DNA of 64,000 nt. Origin: an uncultured Solirubrobacteraceae bacterium (lineage in GTDB: Bacteria; Actinomycetota; Thermoleophilia; Solirubrobacterales; Solirubrobacteraceae). Positions 59,486-64,000 of this stretch are shown here, piece after piece. The notes beneath the pieces are model-generated. The model was given only the letters and a program-made list of their open reading frames with translations. It had not been told where the DNA came from and searched no databases. Position numbers and translations under genes: made by a program. Location: contig CAVVZU010000002.1 in the NCBI GenBank assembly GCA_963752865.1, positions 1,394,941 to 1,458,940 on the forward strand, written 5' to 3'. The first letter of the stretch is position 1, and every line of letters starts with the position of its first letter.

Positions 59486-60226
59486 TCATTCCCAGCGCAT
59501 CACCTGCGGGGTCTCGCGCATGCGGATCACACGCGCGGGAGTACCCGCGACCACCGCGTTCTCCGGCACCTGCTTGGTGACGACCGAGCTCGTGCCGATG
59601 ACGCTGTTGTCGCCCACGCTCACACCCCGCAGGATGCACGCGCCGTAGCCGACCCACACGTTGTGACCCACACGCACGTCGCGCTTGTAGATGCCCTGCA
59701 GGCGGATTGGGCGCTCGACCTCTGTGACGCCGTGGTCGAAGTCGATCAGCATCACGCGGTCGGCGATGATGCACTCGCGTCCGATCGACACGTGCTGGTA
59801 GGCCGAGATCGTGCAGTCCTGGCCCATCACCGTCTTCGCGCCGATGCTCACCTCGCCCTCGTGCACGCGAATCTTGCTGCCGTGCCCGATCCACGACCAG
59901 CGGCCGATGCGCAGCGTTGCATGGCGGCCGATCTCCAGGGTCACGTGCGGGCAGATGAAGCAGATCCCGTCCGTCTGCAGGCGCTTGCCGAAGCGCAGCT
60001 TCAGCAGGGCATACCGAAGCAAGAGCCGCGCGTAGTGGCGGTTCAGCATCCGGTTGGCGCGCATGAAGCGCAGCAGCGTCAGCGGTCCGCCGTGAAGCGG
60101 CGCGGGCGCCACTCGCGCGGCGACGGCGGCCTGCTCGGCGCGGGCCCGCAAGTCGGCAGCGGCAGGGGCATCTCTTGCGGGGTCGGCCTCTTTGGTGGGA
60201 TCTGCGGGGTTGGCAACCAGCTCCAT
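59486..60226 (-). CDS. Hexapeptide-repeat acyltransferase, Rv3034c-like
   Basis: IGRW..IG...IRVHEG, IDFDH, PIRLQGI and VAGTPARVI left-handed beta-helix motifs. Confidence 0.88.
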   Translation of the reverse strand: MELVANPADPTKEADPARDAPAAADLRARAEQAAVAARVAPAPLHGGPLTLLRFMRANRMLNRHYARLLLRYALLKLRFGKRLQTDGICFICPHVTLEIGRHATLRIGRWSWIGHGSKIRVHEGEVSIGAKTVMGQDCTISAYQHVSIGRECIIADRVMLIDFDHGVTEVERPIRLQGIYKRDVRVGHNVWVGYGACILRGVSVGDNSVIGTSSVVTKQVPENAVVAGTPARVIRMRETPQVMRWE

Positions 60227-60335
60227 CGCGCTCGAATCGTAAGGGACAGCCGGACGGGCCGGGCATGTCCGTGAGGCGGTGGCCGCTCGATGCGGGCGGG
60301 CCGAGGCCGCGGCCCCTGCGATGATTGCGCCCTCA

Positions 60336-61304
60336 ATGGCCGAGCCAACGCTAGCTCAGCGCCTGCTCGACGGCGATCGCCGCGCGCTTGCCCGTGCGAT
60401 CACGCTCGTGGAGGACAACCGCCCAGAGGGCTGGGAGCTCGTGCGCGAGGTCTATCCCCACACCGGCAAAGCCGACGTCGTCGGCTTCACGGGGCCTCCA
60501 GGAGTTGGCAAGTCGACGCTCATCGGCGCGCTCACCAAGGTGCGACGCGAGGCGGGCAGGAGCGTCGGGGTGCTGTCGATCGACCCATCCTCGCCGTTCA
60601 CCCAGGGCGCGCTGCTCGGGGATCGCATCCGCCTCACCGAGCACTTCCTCGACCGGGGGGTGTTCATCCGCTCGATGGCCAACCGCGGCGCGCTGGGTGG
60701 CCTATCCGAGGCAGCGCTACAGGCGGCGCTGCTGCTCGACGCAGCCGGCCGCCAGGACGTGTTCGTGGAGACCGTTGGCGTGGGTCAGGCGGAGATCGAC
60801 ATCATCGACCACGCCGACACGATCGTGCTCGTGCTGATGCCAGGCTCCGGCGACTCGATTCAGGCGCTGAAGGCGGGCGTGATGGAGATCCCCGACGTGA
60901 TCGTCGTCAACAAGGCCGACCACCCTCTGACCGACACGATGATCCGCGAGATCCGTGGTGTGCTCTCGCTCGCCAACCTCGATCGCACGCCCGAGGAAGT
61001 CCGCGGGCACTGGCGCGTGCCGATCCTCAAGACCGAGGCCGCGCGCGGTGAGGGCATCGCCGAGCTGGTGCAGAGCCTCGATGAGCACCGCGCCCACATC
61101 CTCGCTGCCGGCCAGCTCGACGAGCGCCGCGCGCGCAATCTGCGTAGCGAGGTGCTCGCGATCGCCACCGCGCGCATGCGTCGTCGCCTGGAAGAGGACC
61201 TGCAGGAGGACGCTGAGTTCCAGCGCCTGCTCGATGAGGTCGTGCAGCGGCGCATGGATCCGGCCAGCGCGGCCACCGCGCTGTTGGAGCGCCACACGCG
61301 TTAG
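60336..61304 (+). CDS. meaB: Methylmalonyl-CoA mutase-associated GTPase
   Basis: GPPGVGKST, IDPSSPFT.GALLGDRIR, ETVGVGQ, GDSIQALKAG and NKAD motifs. Confidence 0.95.
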   Translation: MAEPTLAQRLLDGDRRALARAITLVEDNRPEGWELVREVYPHTGKADVVGFTGPPGVGKSTLIGALTKVRREAGRSVGVLSIDPSSPFTQGALLGDRIRLTEHFLDRGVFIRSMANRGALGGLSEAALQAALLLDAAGRQDVFVETVGVGQAEIDIIDHADTIVLVLMPGSGDSIQALKAGVMEIPDVIVVNKADHPLTDTMIREIRGVLSLANLDRTPEEVRGHWRVPILKTEAARGEGIAELVQSLDEHRAHILAAGQLDERRARNLRSEVLAIATARMRRRLEEDLQEDAEFQRLLDEVVQRRMDPASAATALLERHTR

Positions 61305-63711
61305 CCGATCCCTTCGCGTTCTCCTTCGCGCTCGGTGGATTCGGGGTTGCCACCGTCAGCGCACGGACCCGAGTTGGGCCTGTGTTCGTCGGGGCCGTCT
61401 TCGGCTTGCAAGTGCCCGTTCTCGGCCTGCCACAGCGGTGAGCGTGGTCCGGCTACATACACGTAGCTCTCGAGTTCTCGCGCGATTGTGTGGACGATCG
61501 CATTGGTGCTCTGCGCGGCGGTCTGTACCAACCCGGGCGCCTGTGCCCCGAAATGGCCCTCCCAGCACGCCCAAGACGTGTGGGCGAGATCCACGAGCGG
61601 GGTGGTGGAAGCACGGAACGCGAACCTGCCCGGGCCGCACACCAGCCAGTCGGCGAGGCGACCGTCGATCGGTTTCAGATAGCGGGGACGTGCGCCGCAG
61701 CCGGCGGGATAGGTGGGGTGCCCGCCGTAGGCGGCCTGCACGACCGGGTGCCCGTCTTCAAAACCAAGCTGCGGGCTGTTCCAGGGGAAGAATCTCCCTC
61801 GTTGGCATGGCGGGCGGTGTAGAGCCAGCGTGGTTGGCCGCTGTGGCGTTCGACCAGCACCACGACGTGCTCCCAATCGCCCTGATGCAGGTCGGTGCTC
61901 ACCACGTCCGCCGCGATCGGGGAGTCTTCCATCAGGTGAGAGTCAACGACGGTAGGGAAGTAGTTGTATGGATAGAGGAACCAGTACTCGAGCGCGACCA
62001 GGCTCTTTTCCGCGCCCGCCGGGTATGGCACGGGCCATTTGAGCTTGTTGGCCACGCCTGCGTAGTAGAAGTAGACCTGCGCGGTTGCCCACGGATCGAG
62101 CAGGCCGGGGTCGGTGAGTATTTCCCGCGGCGAGGGTACCGGGGTTTCGCGCCCGAGCTGGCCGCGGAGGAACACTTCGAGCTGCTTGGTGGGTTCGTGG
62201 GTGAGGGGAGGGGTGGCGGGGTATTCGAGGAAGTCAGCGGGGGAGCTCGTCAGCGGATCGAGGTCGGCCGGCGTGACACGGGCGCCGGCTTCGCAAGGCC
62301 GGCGGCTGCCATTTTGGTGAATGCACGTTCCTCGGCCTTTGGCTCCGATGCCTTCCATCAGCGCGCCAAGAGACGTCGGCCAGAAGGGATCGGTCACCGA
62401 TGTAAGCACCGTTGGCTGCAGGCGCTTGGCGAGCGCGGCGATCCTTGGAGTGTTGCTGCTCGTCCTTTCGATTGGCTGTTCGCCGTCGCGCGCGACCCCA
62501 CTTGGGGGCGCTGGGCCGCCGTACACGCCCGGCCCGAGCCCAGACGCCGCGAACCCCGTGCTCGGCTGTGGCGGCGGTGTGCCCCCACACGGTGAGCTCC
62601 TTTCCTTCAGTTCCGGCCTGATCCACGCGACGGTCTTGGTATCGATGCCGAAGGCCTGCAGCGCCAGCGTCGGCAGCGAGGGCCGGTAGCCGGTGTCCAA
62701 TGTGAAGTCGACTCCGGTGACGGTGGCCGACCTGATCGCTTTGGTCGGGATCAGCTGCACGCGGTCCGCGGCGGACGTGGCGTTGGCGAGCGGTGTGCAG
62801 GCCGCGAGGTACACGCCCGCGCTGCTGCGCCCGATGTAGCCGCCGAGGCGCTCGCCACCAGTCGTATCCACCACTGCCTGCGAGAAGCTCACAGGCGGAA
62901 TCGCTGAATAGCTGAGTGCCACGAGCGCATAGATCGTCAGCAGCGTCCACGGCAGTGGCGAGCGCATGAAAGCGAATGTCGAGGATGGCAGCGACCGCCT
63001 GCCATATCGGCGCCCGAATGTGCCAATTCCCACCCATGTGAGCACCAACACGCCGACAGGCGCCGAGGAGACCATCGCGACGCCTGCAACCACCAGCCAG
63101 AGCAACCCATGCGCCGCGCGTCCACCATTCAGCGGGTTCACGAGCGCAAGCAGCCTGGCGAGGATGATCGAGCACAGCGCCCACGGTGCAAACAACGCCC
63201 ACCAGTGACCCGGCCACAACTCGTCAATGGGGGTCTTTACGAGTCTTGCCACCACCAGGCCCACCGCCACCGCGAGCACACCGACGTTGAAGCCGGCGAT
63301 CACTCTCACCAAGGTCTCCCGGGTCCGGCTTTCGTAGCCTGAGTGCAGTGCCTTCGGCGGTTTCGGTTTGAGCGGCTTGCGCCTGAGGTGACGCTCCCGC
63401 GCACTCATGCGGTCGTGCTCGACGATCTCGCGCCAATCCTCCGCGTGCTGGTCCCAGCGCCCGAAATGGACCGCGTAGGCAAACGCGCACATGACCGCGA
63501 ACACGATCGCCATCACCAGCACTGCCCGCGCGCCGGTGGCGAAGTTGTTGGCGCTACCGATGCTCGGTAGCGAGAAGCTGATTGGGAGGCGCACAGCCGC
63601 GAGCCGTACACAGGCGATCACCCAGCCAATGACGTACACGTAGCCCGCGAGCGCGAGCGACAGCACCACAACCAGCGCCACCTCGGGGAGCTCGGTGCGC
63701 CGTTCAGGCAT
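61301..63711 (-). pseudogene. Multi-TM membrane protein with a C-terminal Vps62/NPP1-like domain, frameshifted near 61796
   Basis: YWFLYPYN..HQGDWEHV in ORF 61675-63765 continues as FFPW...HPVV.AAYGGHPTY in ORF 61301-61876. One base is missing in a G run. Confidence 0.65.
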
Positions 63712-64000
63712 CCAACTGGGTGCTGAGCCCCACGCGCTTGCTGAAAGGGCTGTCGAACACACCACTTGCGTTCAATGCTTCGTGTACGCGCTGCCAATCG
63801 GCATAGCGGGGGTACATCGCCTGCACGAGCCCGTTGCTGCCCGTCAGCCAGTTCACCTGTCCCCAGTGCGGACGTCCATAGAGCTGATGGAGGGCACGTT
63901 CGTGGGCGCTCAGCAGCTCCATGCCACCCACCGTGTGCTTGGACATGATCAACTCGATCATCACCGTGTCGCGTCCCTGCATCATCGATAGGCAGGAGCT
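63704..64000 (-). CDS. C-terminal fragment of an FAD-linked oxidase (ALO/D-arabinono-lactone oxidase-like), truncated by the window edge
   Basis: GRPHWGQ...YPR...W...LNASGVFDSPF terminal motif. Confidence 0.75.
   Translation of the reverse strand, partial: SSCLSMMQGRDTVMIELIMSKHTVGGMELLSAHERALHQLYGRPHWGQVNWLTGSNGLVQAMYPRYADWQRVHEALNASGVFDSPFSKRVGLSTQLDA

Noticed and set aside
60955-62595. 546-aa plus-strand ORF, and many similar long overlapping ORFs across the window
   Set aside because: R/A/P-rich shadow ORFs are expected at high GC. They have no motifs and overlap well-supported genes.

Overview
High-GC actinobacterial chromosomal segment. Gene content and protein style suggest Thermoleophilia/Solirubrobacterales (inference, no search run). 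It holds about 62 genes and I saw no rRNA, tRNA, CRISPR array, integrase or transposase. Recognisable modules: a PHP-GT4/DUF2334 cassette; chrA, uppP, mscS and a cold-shock gene; a two-component system divergent from a five-gene ApbE flavinylation/electron-transfer operon; arfB; beta-oxidation genes interleaved with paralogous sulfotransferases; a DUF433/DUF5615 toxin-antitoxin pair; egtB-egtD; the gnd-zwf-opcA-pgl operon with divergent glpX; rlpA under a c-di-AMP riboswitch; a sigma-70 factor and pilT; an ArsA-like ATPase; a coupled parA-ftsZ pair; homologues of mycobacterial MGLP genes (Rv3030/3031/3034c/3038c); and meaB. The best candidates for new biology are three. (1) An orphan Soj-type ParA translationally coupled to an FtsZ with a ~125-aa N-terminal extension that starts with a ParB-like peptide. 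(2) A putative FMN-carrying tether protein ending in SGGS, encoded with ApbE, a haem membrane protein, a NuoF-like protein and a ferredoxin. (3) An MGLP-like methylglucan cluster far from mycobacteria. Three genes carry frameshifts that look like sequencing errors. All family assignments come from motif recognition by eye, not database searches.
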